Made by a program: the position numbers and the translations under genes. From NCBI GenBank assembly GCA_009885205.1, contig VFLE01000055.1, positions 11,236 to 75,235 of the forward strand: DNA of 64,000 bases. The letters run 5' to 3'. The notes beneath the pieces were generated by a model. The model was not told the origin of the DNA. It searched no databases and saw only the letters and a program-made list of their open reading frames with translations. The DNA comes from Candidatus Shapirobacteria bacterium (GTDB lineage Bacteria > Patescibacteriota > Microgenomatia > UBA12405). Positions 39,051-47,795 of the stretch are shown here, in pieces; positions within the stretch are counted from its first letter, which is position 1, and the number at the start of each line of letters is the position of its first letter.

Positions 39051-39971
39051 TTACAGAAATTTGAACGAGGAAATTACAAAGTCATCGTCGCCTTCCAGGG
39101 TAACGATATATTTTTTGTCGGGAGAAATCGTTGTTTTAATATCACCAAAAGAATGAACGACAGTGTTGTCGTAAACGGAAATGGTGGTGACTGATTCACC
39201 ACTGGTACAGGATTCTTGTTTAAAGGGAATCTTGTTACCGTTGACCGAGGTCGCTTCGACGACATATTTGGCAGTAGTAGGACATTCAAATTGGTAGCCA
39301 TATTTGATATCCTTGTATGTTTTGCCAACAGTTTTTACCGTAGGTTCGGGAGTAACACAGGCTTTTTCGGTACAGGCAATTGTTAAGTTAGGGGTGCACG
39401 AACAAGTGTTGCAAGAATCGGTTGAGGGGAATGACTCACCAACAATATATTTTTTGTCATTGAGTTCACAAAACTGGGAAATTATTTTGGTGGGGGTGGG
39501 CCCCGCCGTTGCGGGATTGACAGAAGTGGGTGCTGGCTCTGATTGATTTGAAAAAAGATTATAAATTATGGCAGAGACGACAACCATAAATAAGGTCAGA
39601 GAAAAATAAAAAAGGTATTTGAAAAAATTTGAGGGTTTATCTTGAATTGGTTCTGATGGAAAATAAATTGGGGGGACTACTGGTTCTTCTTTAACAATGG
39701 GTTCTGAGACAATGGCTTTTTCAATGACCTTTGGAGGGATAATTTTGGGTGAATCTGTTGATATTAATGACTCAGGTTTTGAGACTTCAAATATAGGGTT
39801 TGGTTCTGATGCGACAGGAACAATTTCTGGTTCTAAATTAACTTTGGTTATAACGGGATTTACAACAAGGGGAACAACTTCTTTGTTTTCGACTGGTGGA
39901 GTGAGTGAGGAGGCATATTTGTTTAAAATTTCTTGATATTGTTGTTGCAGTTGATCATCATTATTGGGCAT
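39051..39971 (-). CDS. Membrane protein with a Pro-rich cytoplasmic N-region, one TM helix and a Cys-rich extracytoplasmic domain ending ISSFKFL
   Basis: 306 aa with at least 10 Cys in the C-terminal domain. The C-terminal S[ST]FKF motif is shared with paralogs 1 and 2. Confidence 0.5.
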   Translation of the reverse strand: MPNNDDQLQQQYQEILNKYASSLTPPVENKEVVPLVVNPVITKVNLEPEIVPVASEPNPIFEVSKPESLISTDSPKIIPPKVIEKAIVSEPIVKEEPVVPPIYFPSEPIQDKPSNFFKYLFYFSLTLFMVVVSAIIYNLFSNQSEPAPTSVNPATAGPTPTKIISQFCELNDKKYIVGESFPSTDSCNTCSCTPNLTIACTEKACVTPEPTVKTVGKTYKDIKYGYQFECPTTAKYVVEATSVNGNKIPFKQESCTSGESVTTISVYDNTVVHSFGDIKTTISPDKKYIVTLEGDDDFVISSFKFL

Positions 39972-40024
39972 ATAAATACTATGACATCTTTACAAAAGAT
40001 ATGCAATAAACTATTATTTTTATA

Positions 40025-40495
40025 ATGAAGAAGATATTAATTTTGTTTGGATTAATAATGGTTTTTAGTGTCAATAATGTTTTGGCGGGTGGCTTTAATA
40101 TGACTTCAATTGGGCAAGTAGACACCTCGGGTCTACAAATTTCCCAGTGGTGGTATACCTCGGGAAACCCAACCTTTCGGGGCGAGGCAACATCAGGGGC
40201 AGAAGTAATTTACGAAATTGATGGGGTGGCATTACAAATTAATGCCGATAGCTCGGGTGATTGGGTGTTTACACCCCAATCTGCTTTGTCGAGTGGTGAT
40301 CACAACATTGTAATTAAAAGTGGCGAGAGTGAAATAAAGTTTGTATTAACAATTGGAAATGAAAATGTAAATTGGTCGACAGTGGAAAAAGGTAGTGGTG
40401 GAGTTTTGCCGGCAGCTGGGACAGCTTGGCCAACAATAATAACATTGGTTGCGGGAGCTGTGATGTTGGTTTTGGCGAAAAGAATGATAATATAA
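40025..40495 (+). CDS. Secreted Ig-like protein with a sortase-type C-terminal sorting signal (LPAAG + hydrophobic segment + KRMII)
   Basis: 156 aa. N-terminal signal peptide MKKILILFGLIMVFSVNNVLA. C-terminal VLPAAG-TAWPTIITLVAGAVMLVLA-KRMII. Confidence 0.55.
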   Translation: MKKILILFGLIMVFSVNNVLAGGFNMTSIGQVDTSGLQISQWWYTSGNPTFRGEATSGAEVIYEIDGVALQINADSSGDWVFTPQSALSSGDHNIVIKSGESEIKFVLTIGNENVNWSTVEKGSGGVLPAAGTAWPTIITLVAGAVMLVLAKRMII

Positions 40496-40498
40496 GCG

Positions 40499-41572
40499 AT
40501 GAAAAAAGTTTTTATAAAGACTTTTGGTTGTGCTCAAAATATGGCTGATTCGGAGCGAATTAAGGCGTATTATTGGGAAAAGGGATTTGCAGAAGTTGAT
40601 ACTTGGCAAAAGGCTGACGAAGTAGTCATCAATACTTGTATTGTACGAGAATCAGCCGAAAATCGTGCTTACGGATTGATTAAAAATATCCAAAACTTCA
40701 AACTTCCTGCCTCGCCGGCAGGCAGGCAAGCTTCAAACATTAGGGTGGTGGTGACGGGTTGTGCGGTGGGGGCTTATGGTAAAAAAGATATTAAAGGAGT
40801 AGACGAGTGGGCCAAGATTGATAAATTTTTGGTGTGGGAACCGATAAGGTCTAACAAAAAGGCAGCCTTAATTTCTATTTCGACTGGCTGTAATAATCAC
40901 TGTACTTTTTGTATTGTGCCTCGCGCTCGCGGCAAAGAAGTGTCAAAAACATTGGCGACGGTTTTGGCCGAAGTTGACAGGGCAATTGAAAGTGGTTTTA
41001 AAGAAGTGGTATTAATTGGACAAAATGTAAATAGTTATGGTTCTGATTTTAATACTGATTCGTGGGTACATATGGGTAAAAAGCGGATTAAAAGTCGGTT
41101 TCCGGAGCTTTTGGAAAATGTGGCCAAACGTAATTTGGACAAAATTTCGTTTATATCGAGTAATCCCTGGGATTTTTCGGACGAATTGATTGAGACAATA
41201 GCTAAACATAAAAATATTGATAGATTAATTCACCTCCCCTTTCAATCGGGCAACGATGAAATTTTAAAGAGAATGAACAGGGCCTATACTAAACAAGAAT
41301 ATTTAGAGTTAGTACAAAAAATAAAGTCGAAGGTAAAGGATGTCAGATTTAGTACAGATATAATAGTAGGATTTCCGGGAGAAACTGATGAACAGTTTTT
41401 GGATACGGTCGATGTCTGTAAAAAGGTGGGTTTTGAAATTGCTTATATTAATAAATACTCGCCACGCTTGGGCACCGTCTCGGCAAAAATTTTTGAAAAT
41501 GATATTCCGATGAAGATAAAGAAGGAAAGATGGGTGATATTGGATCAGTTGGTGAATAAGAAATTACCTTAA
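40499..41572 (+). CDS. Radical-SAM methylthiotransferase (MiaB/RimO-like), lacking the C-terminal TRAM domain
   Basis: 357 aa. An MTTase N-domain with Cys in FGCAQN, NTCIVRE and TGCAV. Radical-SAM CNNHCTFC. It ends right after the radical-SAM core. Confidence 0.7.
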   Translation: MKKVFIKTFGCAQNMADSERIKAYYWEKGFAEVDTWQKADEVVINTCIVRESAENRAYGLIKNIQNFKLPASPAGRQASNIRVVVTGCAVGAYGKKDIKGVDEWAKIDKFLVWEPIRSNKKAALISISTGCNNHCTFCIVPRARGKEVSKTLATVLAEVDRAIESGFKEVVLIGQNVNSYGSDFNTDSWVHMGKKRIKSRFPELLENVAKRNLDKISFISSNPWDFSDELIETIAKHKNIDRLIHLPFQSGNDEILKRMNRAYTKQEYLELVQKIKSKVKDVRFSTDIIVGFPGETDEQFLDTVDVCKKVGFEIAYINKYSPRLGTVSAKIFENDIPMKIKKERWVILDQLVNKKLP

Positions 41573-42466
41573 ATATTTAGCGATATTGGCATTGTGTTCG
41601 GAGAGGGTTTTGGCGTAACGCATGGTGCCGTCGGTGCCGTGGATATAATAGAGATAATCTGAAGGGATGGGGTTATTTGCCGCAAAAAGAGAGTCAAGGC
41701 CAGGATTGCAAATTGGACTGGGGGGTAGACCAGTACTTAAATAAGTATTGAAGGGAGAAACAATTTTTAAGTCAGTTTTAGTTAGTTTTAGCCAATATTT
41801 AGCTGGTTTATTTTTGGTATCGCGAGCATATTGAACAGTAGCATCAATTTGTAACGCCATGTTAATTTTGAGACGATTGTTAATAATCCCAGCCACCATT
41901 TGTTTATCCGTTTTAGTCTTGGCCTCGCGTTCTAAAATTGAGGCTAGGGTAATAATTTGGGATAAATTATTTTGGTTAATGTTTAAAGAAGTTATTTTTT
42001 TGTCGAAATTTGTTTTGATTAAAGAGGTGACATCGTCGGTAGTAAAATAATCGGGAATTAAATAACTGTCAGGATAAATATATCCTTCAAGGTCGGGGGT
42101 AAATATAAATTTGGAAGAAATTTCTTGCACCCGTGTCCCGGGAATAATTTTTAACCAAAAGTCGTAACTACCGCCAGTAGTAAGTTTGGCCAATATTTGG
42201 GATAAATTATTAGATGAAGTTAATTGAAAACCACCAGCTTTAATATTTTTACTACTATCGGTTAAAAGAGCATAAATTAAAAAAGCATATTTGTTTTTAG
42301 TAAATTTATTTTTGGATAAACGAAAACTAATGGTTTGGAGACTATCACCCTGATTGATGACAAATTGACGAGAAGTGGTGTCGGTGGAAACAGGTGAAAA
42401 TGACCAATAACAAACTAAAATCGATAAAAACAAAAAGATAAACGAGAAAAGTAAAACTTTTTTCAT
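41564..42466 (-). CDS. mltG: Endolytic murein transglycosylase MltG (YceG-like)
   Basis: 300 aa. N-terminal TM, LASILEREA and GLPPSPICNPG motifs. It is near ruvX as in many bacteria. Confidence 0.8.
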   Translation of the reverse strand: MKKVLLFSFIFLFLSILVCYWSFSPVSTDTTSRQFVINQGDSLQTISFRLSKNKFTKNKYAFLIYALLTDSSKNIKAGGFQLTSSNNLSQILAKLTTGGSYDFWLKIIPGTRVQEISSKFIFTPDLEGYIYPDSYLIPDYFTTDDVTSLIKTNFDKKITSLNINQNNLSQIITLASILEREAKTKTDKQMVAGIINNRLKINMALQIDATVQYARDTKNKPAKYWLKLTKTDLKIVSPFNTYLSTGLPPSPICNPGLDSLFAANNPIPSDYLYYIHGTDGTMRYAKTLSEHNANIAKYLR

Positions 42467-42469
42467 GAA

Positions 42470-42667
42470 CTAAACTTCACTAAATAGAGCGCGGCGATAG
42501 GTTGACTTTTTGCTGTCAAAAATAAAAATACGACCACACTTGCAAGTGGCAGTAGTCTGACCTCGAACCTGAGCTTTGACAGCCTTGGCTAAAGGTTCAC
42601 TGCAACCAACACAACGACCCTGGGATAACAACCATGCTTGGATAGGAGAGATAAGATTTTTAAACAT
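42470..42667 (-). CDS. Small zinc-ribbon protein
   Basis: 65 aa with CVGC...CKCG. It lies between ruvX and mltG. Confidence 0.4.
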   Translation of the reverse strand: MFKNLISPIQAWLLSQGRCVGCSEPLAKAVKAQVRGQTTATCKCGRIFIFDSKKSTYRRALFSEV

Positions 42668-42674
42668 TGACTAA

Positions 42675-43043
42675 TTATAAACTAATTGCCCGATTTAAGA
42701 TAATAGCAGCTGAAACTGAATCTAATTTTTTACTATTTTTGGGACGAATTTTACTAGCTTCGATGGTGGAAACGGCTTCTTCGACGGTTTCAATTGGAAT
42801 ATTGGTTGCTGTTTTTAATTTGTTGACAAAGGATTTTGTAACAAGAGCAAATTTGCCTTGAGACATGCCAACAAAAATTTTATTGATTTTATAATCGGTA
42901 ATTATTTTTTTTATTTGAATTATTAATTTATCATTGTTGTCGATTTGAGGGAGGGTAAAAATAATATTGTTGATAGTGTAGGCTAGACCGACTCGTTTGG
43001 TACCATAATCTAAGCTTAAGTAGTTCATATTAAAAATCGACAA
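42675..43043 (-). CDS. ruvX: Putative pre-16S rRNA nuclease / Holliday-junction resolvase-like YqgF (RuvX)
   Basis: 122 aa. LSLDYGTKRVGLAYT is the YqgF signature. Confidence 0.75.
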   Translation of the reverse strand: MSIFNMNYLSLDYGTKRVGLAYTINNIIFTLPQIDNNDKLIIQIKKIITDYKINKIFVGMSQGKFALVTKSFVNKLKTATNIPIETVEEAVSTIEASKIRPKNSKKLDSVSAAIILNRAISL

Positions 43044-43761
43044 TGCGGGCTTTAATAACTAAACGACGTAAATAGGTACCGGGCGGGGTACAAGTAATAA
43101 GGGTCAAATATCGACCATCAAAACGTTGTTCGAGGACAGATAGATCGGTAGGGGGGACTTCGTACATTTCTTCGACTAAATATTTATATTCAACGCTGTC
43201 GAAATTAATCAAGATTTCGTCACCTTGTTTTAATTTATATAAAGTAGAAAAAATAGTTAAATATGACTTGGGGTTAAAAAACTGAGGCAAAACGGAATGA
43301 CCAAAAATAACTGGCGAACCAAATTGACCAGGGAGGGCGGTTTGAGGATATTGGATGAGACTTTTTTTGAGATCTAAACTACCAACTTGGACCACGGCCG
43401 AGTCAATTTTTAGTTTGGGGACGGAAATTAAATATTCCGTTTTTGAGACAGTGGGATTTTGGGAAGAATTTTGTAAATTGTTTTGATCGTCAACAAACCA
43501 GTTTGACAATTGAGTAAAGTCGGTACCACTTTCACCTAAAATACTACCAGAATTGGCATATCGAGTAGAAAGAGGACTTAAGACTTGATTAAATTTGATT
43601 GAATATTCGATTTGATATTGTAAGATTGGTACAATGGCTGACAAAAAAAATAAAACACCAATAATTAAAAACGAAGAGGCAATTATTTTTTTGTGCTGAG
43701 GGGATAGCTTGGGTCGAGGTCGAGGAATTTTTACTTCCTTTTTGACATAAATATAGCCCAT
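43030..43761 (-). CDS. Sortase family transpeptidase
   Basis: 243 aa. N-terminal TM anchor, His in VIFGHSV, the catalytic TLITC motif and a downstream Arg (RRLVIKARI). Confidence 0.7.
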   Translation of the reverse strand: MGYIYVKKEVKIPRPRPKLSPQHKKIIASSFLIIGVLFFLSAIVPILQYQIEYSIKFNQVLSPLSTRYANSGSILGESGTDFTQLSNWFVDDQNNLQNSSQNPTVSKTEYLISVPKLKIDSAVVQVGSLDLKKSLIQYPQTALPGQFGSPVIFGHSVLPQFFNPKSYLTIFSTLYKLKQGDEILINFDSVEYKYLVEEMYEVPPTDLSVLEQRFDGRYLTLITCTPPGTYLRRLVIKARIVDF

Positions 43762-43762
43762 T

Positions 43763-45727
43763 TTAGTTTTTAATGATGATATTGATTAAGTTAGATTTGA
43801 CAGGTAATCGGTGAAGTAAATTAAAAAACCAAAGAGAATTGTTTAAATCATGTTGATAATATTTGGGTAAGGTATTTAAAATTGATTTTAGATCTGATTC
43901 TTTTTTACCGACTAACTTTAATTTGAGTTGATCAATATTTATCAAAGGATTAGCAACACCAGTTAAAGTTAGTTGACCAGAATTATAATTTAAAGTTACT
44001 TTAGCCGAATTTTTGTCTAAAAGAGTCAGACTCTCCCGCTTGGGGAAAAAAGTGGAAATTATATTTTGTTTTTGAAGTAAATCAAAATATAAAAAACTGA
44101 CCTTGGAAGAAAGTTGTAAAGATAAAACGTCGGCTTCTTCCCCAACTTCACGATTAAAAGTCGTTTTTTGATTTTCATAGACCATGGTTGAATCAAGAAT
44201 TGAATTTTCAGTTGATTTTTGGGAATTTATATCATTTTTGGCCTGTTGTTTTAACAATTCTTTGGCTGATTCTAAAACCTTGGTTTTGTCAGCTTGAGTG
44301 ACAACCGCGATTTGATCGCGAGTACCACCAGTAAAGGCTTTGGTTGACTTGGCCAATAAATTGGGGTCACTTTTGATGGTAAAAGCAATATTTTCTGATA
44401 AATTATATTCTGGCCCAATGATTTTAGCAGTCACGGCTGCCTTGACCTGACCCATAGTGATGATGCCAGTATCTAAATTAGAAGTACTGGCAGGGAGCAA
44501 AATGTTGTTGGTGGTTTCAAATTCTTTGCCAGAAGTATCGGTAATAACGAGGCCTTTGTTAACGGTAATTGATCGATCGAGTTTATTAAAAACGATGACT
44601 TCACCTTTGGCTTTTTCCCCGACTTCTTTTTTGCCAGTAGTAGAGGAAGAAGTACCGACACTTAAATCAAAAGTTTTGGTGGTGACATTGGAGGCAGGAT
44701 CTGGAGTAAAAGCAAAGATTTCGCTAAACTCGGTCGGGTTTTGATAGATGGTTAAATCGACCCTAGAAAAATAAAGCGGTAAAACCGGTAAAAATGGCAA
44801 TAAAACTAGGGGTAAAAGATAAATGTAGTTAAATTTTAATTTTGGAAAAGAAAAATTATGTAGGAACGCATCATGATGCGTTCCTACGTTTGAATTTTGA
44901 GGTGGCTCTTCGAGAACAGGATTGACTTCAACTGGTGAATCTTCTGCTGTAAATCCGAGAGAAGTGGCATCTATCTCTTCTGTGGTATCGGAAACAGGAA
45001 TAACATCGATGATGTTATTAGTAATTGAGGTGGCGGCGGGAGTAATTTGTTTTTTGACAGTATCGACAAAAATTTGGGCCAAAGATGAAGGATCAAGAGA
45101 AATAACATTGGGTAAGTGTAAAAATGTTTCTAAGTCTTGGCGAGCTAACCAGTTATAATTTTTTAAATCGTCAATAATTTCGGGGGAATAACTACCAATA
45201 ACAATTATTTTGGGTGGTAGGGCCGAGGTAAATTCAAGAGCTGATAATTGTTCTTCAAATTTGGAAACGGAAAAATCGGCCGAAAAATCGGCTGTAAATC
45301 GTTTTTTAATTTGACCTAAATAGACTAGAGAAAGATGATAATGTTTGGGACTAAAATAAACTAAAAGATAAGAACCGGGAAAAGAGTCATCATGATCATA
45401 AGATTCAATAAAAGCATCGTCATAACTAACAAAACCAAGGGGGTGGAATTTTAATTTTTGACAAATAGATTTGAGATTGGTTAGTATTTGGGGGGAAATA
45501 CTACCATCTGGTCCCACCCAATTTGGTGGAACAATAAAAGCACAATTTGAAGTTTCGTCATTATTTTGGGTAGAAATAGAGGTATCGATGGCTTTTAAAA
45601 GTGAGTCGGGGTTGTCAGAACTCCATTCTATTTCTTGACCAAGACTGATGATTTTATTGGAAACCAGAGAAACCTGAGCGGTATCAGATGTGATGGAAAT
45701 TAACCAATAAGCATTGTCGTGCATCAC
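43763..45727 (-). CDS. Hypothetical 654-aa ORF. An actin-like (PilM/FtsA-like?) N-region and a TM + extracytoplasmic C-region are joined through an in-frame REP-like palindrome, so it may be two genes.
   Basis: Residues around 280-290 (GTHHDAFLHNF) are the translation of palindrome 44860-44887. Immediately after comes a hydrophobic segment LKFNYIYLLPLVLLPFLPVLPLYF. There is no ATG between the palindrome and the TM. Confidence 0.4.
   Translation of the reverse strand: MMHDNAYWLISITSDTAQVSLVSNKIISLGQEIEWSSDNPDSLLKAIDTSISTQNNDETSNCAFIVPPNWVGPDGSISPQILTNLKSICQKLKFHPLGFVSYDDAFIESYDHDDSFPGSYLLVYFSPKHYHLSLVYLGQIKKRFTADFSADFSVSKFEEQLSALEFTSALPPKIIVIGSYSPEIIDDLKNYNWLARQDLETFLHLPNVISLDPSSLAQIFVDTVKKQITPAATSITNNIIDVIPVSDTTEEIDATSLGFTAEDSPVEVNPVLEEPPQNSNVGTHHDAFLHNFSFPKLKFNYIYLLPLVLLPFLPVLPLYFSRVDLTIYQNPTEFSEIFAFTPDPASNVTTKTFDLSVGTSSSTTGKKEVGEKAKGEVIVFNKLDRSITVNKGLVITDTSGKEFETTNNILLPASTSNLDTGIITMGQVKAAVTAKIIGPEYNLSENIAFTIKSDPNLLAKSTKAFTGGTRDQIAVVTQADKTKVLESAKELLKQQAKNDINSQKSTENSILDSTMVYENQKTTFNREVGEEADVLSLQLSSKVSFLYFDLLQKQNIISTFFPKRESLTLLDKNSAKVTLNYNSGQLTLTGVANPLINIDQLKLKLVGKKESDLKSILNTLPKYYQHDLNNSLWFFNLLHRLPVKSNLINIIIKN
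44860..44887. repeat. REP-like perfect palindrome, family B (GTAGGAAC-gcatcatgatgc-GTTCCTAC), inside an ORF
   Basis: 28-bp perfect inverted repeat. Confidence 0.9.
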
Positions 45728-47484
45728 TCTAGAATAGCATAAATTCGACGTTTTCCACTGCCTGCAGATTCTTGTTTTTGGATAGTGAATTTACCTAGTT
45801 CTTGCGTATTTTTAACGTGGGGACCAGTACAGACTTCGGCAGAGAAATCCCCCATTTGATAGACGGTGACAATTTCGGGGTATTTATTGCCAAAAAAAGC
45901 TAGAGCCCCTGATTTTTGGGCGTCGGTAAAAGGCATGGATTTTACTGTTACCTCCATTTTTTTGTTGATTTGTTGATTAACCAAATCGTTTACTTGTTTG
46001 ATTTGATCATCTGTCAATTTATCAGTATGGGTAAAATCAAAACGCATTCTATCACCAGTGATATTTGAACCGGACTGTTGGACATGGTTACCTAAAACTT
46101 GACGCAAACTTTGATGTAAAAGATGGGTAGCAGTATGATAACGAGTGATTACTTCGCTATGGTCAGCTAAACCGGATTTAAATTTCCCAGCGGATAATGT
46201 TCTTGATTCTTCTTGATGTTCAAGTCTTGCTTCCTCAAAAGATTTTTTAATTGCGTCGGGATCTAATAAAAGTTTTCCATTAATTTCTTCTAAAAACATC
46301 TCTAATGGAAAACCAAAACTTTCGTAGAAATAAAAGGCTTGTTTGCCAATATCACTATACTTGATATATTTTGGCTTACCTTCGATAATTTTACCTAATT
46401 CATTTTTGTATTTTTCAATTTCCTTTAAACCATTATTTAGAGTTTTTCTAAATTTATTTTCTTCAACTTCTAGAGTTTGTAATATTTTTTCTTTATTTTG
46501 ATTTAATTCAGAATAAATACCAGCATAGTTGTCTTGATTATCTAAAACTGATTGAGCAATAATTGAACAAAAATTAGTTTCAATGCCAATTAATTTACCT
46601 TGACGAATGGCGCGGCGAATAAGACGGCGCAAAACATAGCCACGTTCTTTATTGCTTGGCTCAATCCCATCAGCAATGATAAAAACAGCTGAACGAACAT
46701 GATCAGCTATTATTCTCATTGCTCGAGTTATTTGCTCGTCAGTACCATAACTTTTTCCTGATAAAAATTCAATTTTTTTGATAATTAGTTGCCAGATGGT
46801 GGACAAATAATTATCAGAGTGACCTTCAAGAAAAGCAGTGGTGCGTTCGACACCCATACCAGTATCGACATTAGGCTTGGCCAAAGGCTGATATTTACCA
46901 ACAGAATCTTTGTTAAATTGCATAAAAACATCGTTCCAAATTTCAACACCATCGATAAACATCTCCGAATCAGGACCACATGGACCGGTAACACCAGCTG
47001 GTCCCCACCAATTGTCATCCTTGGGCAAAAATTTTATTTTATCTTTAGGGATACCTATTTTTTCCCAGATTTTGGCACTATCAGTATCTTTTGGAGAATT
47101 GTTGTCACCCTCAAAACAGGTGACAACTAGACGGCTTTTATCTAAATTTAAATGTTTGGTAATAAATTCAAAACTCCAATTTAGTGCTTCATTTTTAAAA
47201 TAATCGCCAAGCGACCAGTTACCCAACATTTCAAAAAAAGTGTGGTGATAAGTGTCACCAACTGAATCGATGTCACCAGTACGAATACATTTTTGGACGT
47301 TGACCAAACGCTTGCCTAATGGGTGGGGTTGGCCCAATAGATAGGGAACTAAGGGATGCATACCAGCGGAAATAAAAAGAGTGGTGGGGTCGTTTTCGGG
47401 AACTAGAGAGGCCGAGGGAATTTCGGCATGACTTTTCCCCACAAAAAATTCAATATATTTGCTTTTTAATTCACGAGCGTTCAT
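45724..47484 (-). CDS. alaS: Alanyl-tRNA synthetase, short form (catalytic + editing domains, no C-Ala domain)
   Basis: 586 aa. A class-II core (FFVGKSHAEIPSASLVP..., WGPAGVTGPCGPDSE) and an editing-domain HxxxH (HTATHLLHQSL). Confidence 0.85.
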   Translation of the reverse strand: MNARELKSKYIEFFVGKSHAEIPSASLVPENDPTTLFISAGMHPLVPYLLGQPHPLGKRLVNVQKCIRTGDIDSVGDTYHHTFFEMLGNWSLGDYFKNEALNWSFEFITKHLNLDKSRLVVTCFEGDNNSPKDTDSAKIWEKIGIPKDKIKFLPKDDNWWGPAGVTGPCGPDSEMFIDGVEIWNDVFMQFNKDSVGKYQPLAKPNVDTGMGVERTTAFLEGHSDNYLSTIWQLIIKKIEFLSGKSYGTDEQITRAMRIIADHVRSAVFIIADGIEPSNKERGYVLRRLIRRAIRQGKLIGIETNFCSIIAQSVLDNQDNYAGIYSELNQNKEKILQTLEVEENKFRKTLNNGLKEIEKYKNELGKIIEGKPKYIKYSDIGKQAFYFYESFGFPLEMFLEEINGKLLLDPDAIKKSFEEARLEHQEESRTLSAGKFKSGLADHSEVITRYHTATHLLHQSLRQVLGNHVQQSGSNITGDRMRFDFTHTDKLTDDQIKQVNDLVNQQINKKMEVTVKSMPFTDAQKSGALAFFGNKYPEIVTVYQMGDFSAEVCTGPHVKNTQELGKFTIQKQESAGSGKRRIYAILE

Positions 47485-47511
47485 GGGAGAATTATAGCAA
47501 ATGATTTAATT

Positions 47512-47539
47512 GTAGAGACGTGATTAATCACGTCTCTAC
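47512..47539. repeat. REP-like palindrome, family A (core tgattaatca), identical to 63657-63684
   Basis: 28-bp perfect inverted repeat. Confidence 0.9.
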
Positions 47540-47565
47540 GAAAAAATAAAACAATTTTATGTATA

Positions 47566-47591
47566 AGGAACAGACACACAGGTCTGTTCCT
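47566..47591. repeat. REP-like palindrome, family B variant (AGGAACAGAC-acacag-GTCTGTTCCT)
   Basis: A 10-bp stem with a 6-nt loop. It is closely related to 62757-62782. Confidence 0.8.
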
Positions 47592-47710
47592 ACGTTTTTA
47601 ATCGTTTAAAAACTTTTTTAGATTTGATTACTTTTTTGGGTGTTAGATTTAGAGTTTCGACATCAGAGGGGATGGTGACGGATATTTTTTTGATTGGCTC
47701 AACAATGTTA

Positions 47711-47750
47711 GTAGAGACGTAGCGCGCTACGTCTCTACGCTTTTTTTTTA
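47711..47750 (+). terminator. Family-A palindrome (core tagcgcgcta) followed by T9: intrinsic-terminator architecture on the plus strand
   Basis: gtagagacgtagcgcgctacgtctctac + gcttttttttta. Confidence 0.5.
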
Positions 47751-47767
47751 TTATTTTTTTCGATTTT

Positions 47768-47795
47768 GTAGAGACGCCCCTAGGGGCGTCTCTAC
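47768..47795. repeat. REP-like palindrome, family A (core cccctagggg)
   Basis: 28-bp perfect inverted repeat. Confidence 0.9.

Noticed and set aside
42545-42600. tRNA-like T-arm sequence (ggttcgaggtc on the minus strand)
   Set aside because: It lies inside the 65-aa zinc-ribbon ORF, with no acceptor stem or CCA context and no D-arm. No convincing tRNA was found anywhere in the window.
47512-47795. Possible CRISPR array (regularly spaced repeats downstream of alaS)
   Set aside because: The repeats are themselves perfect palindromes of two different families with variable cores and irregular spacing (59, 143, 58 bp). The same units occur singly all over the window and no cas genes are nearby. 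REP-like elements fit better.
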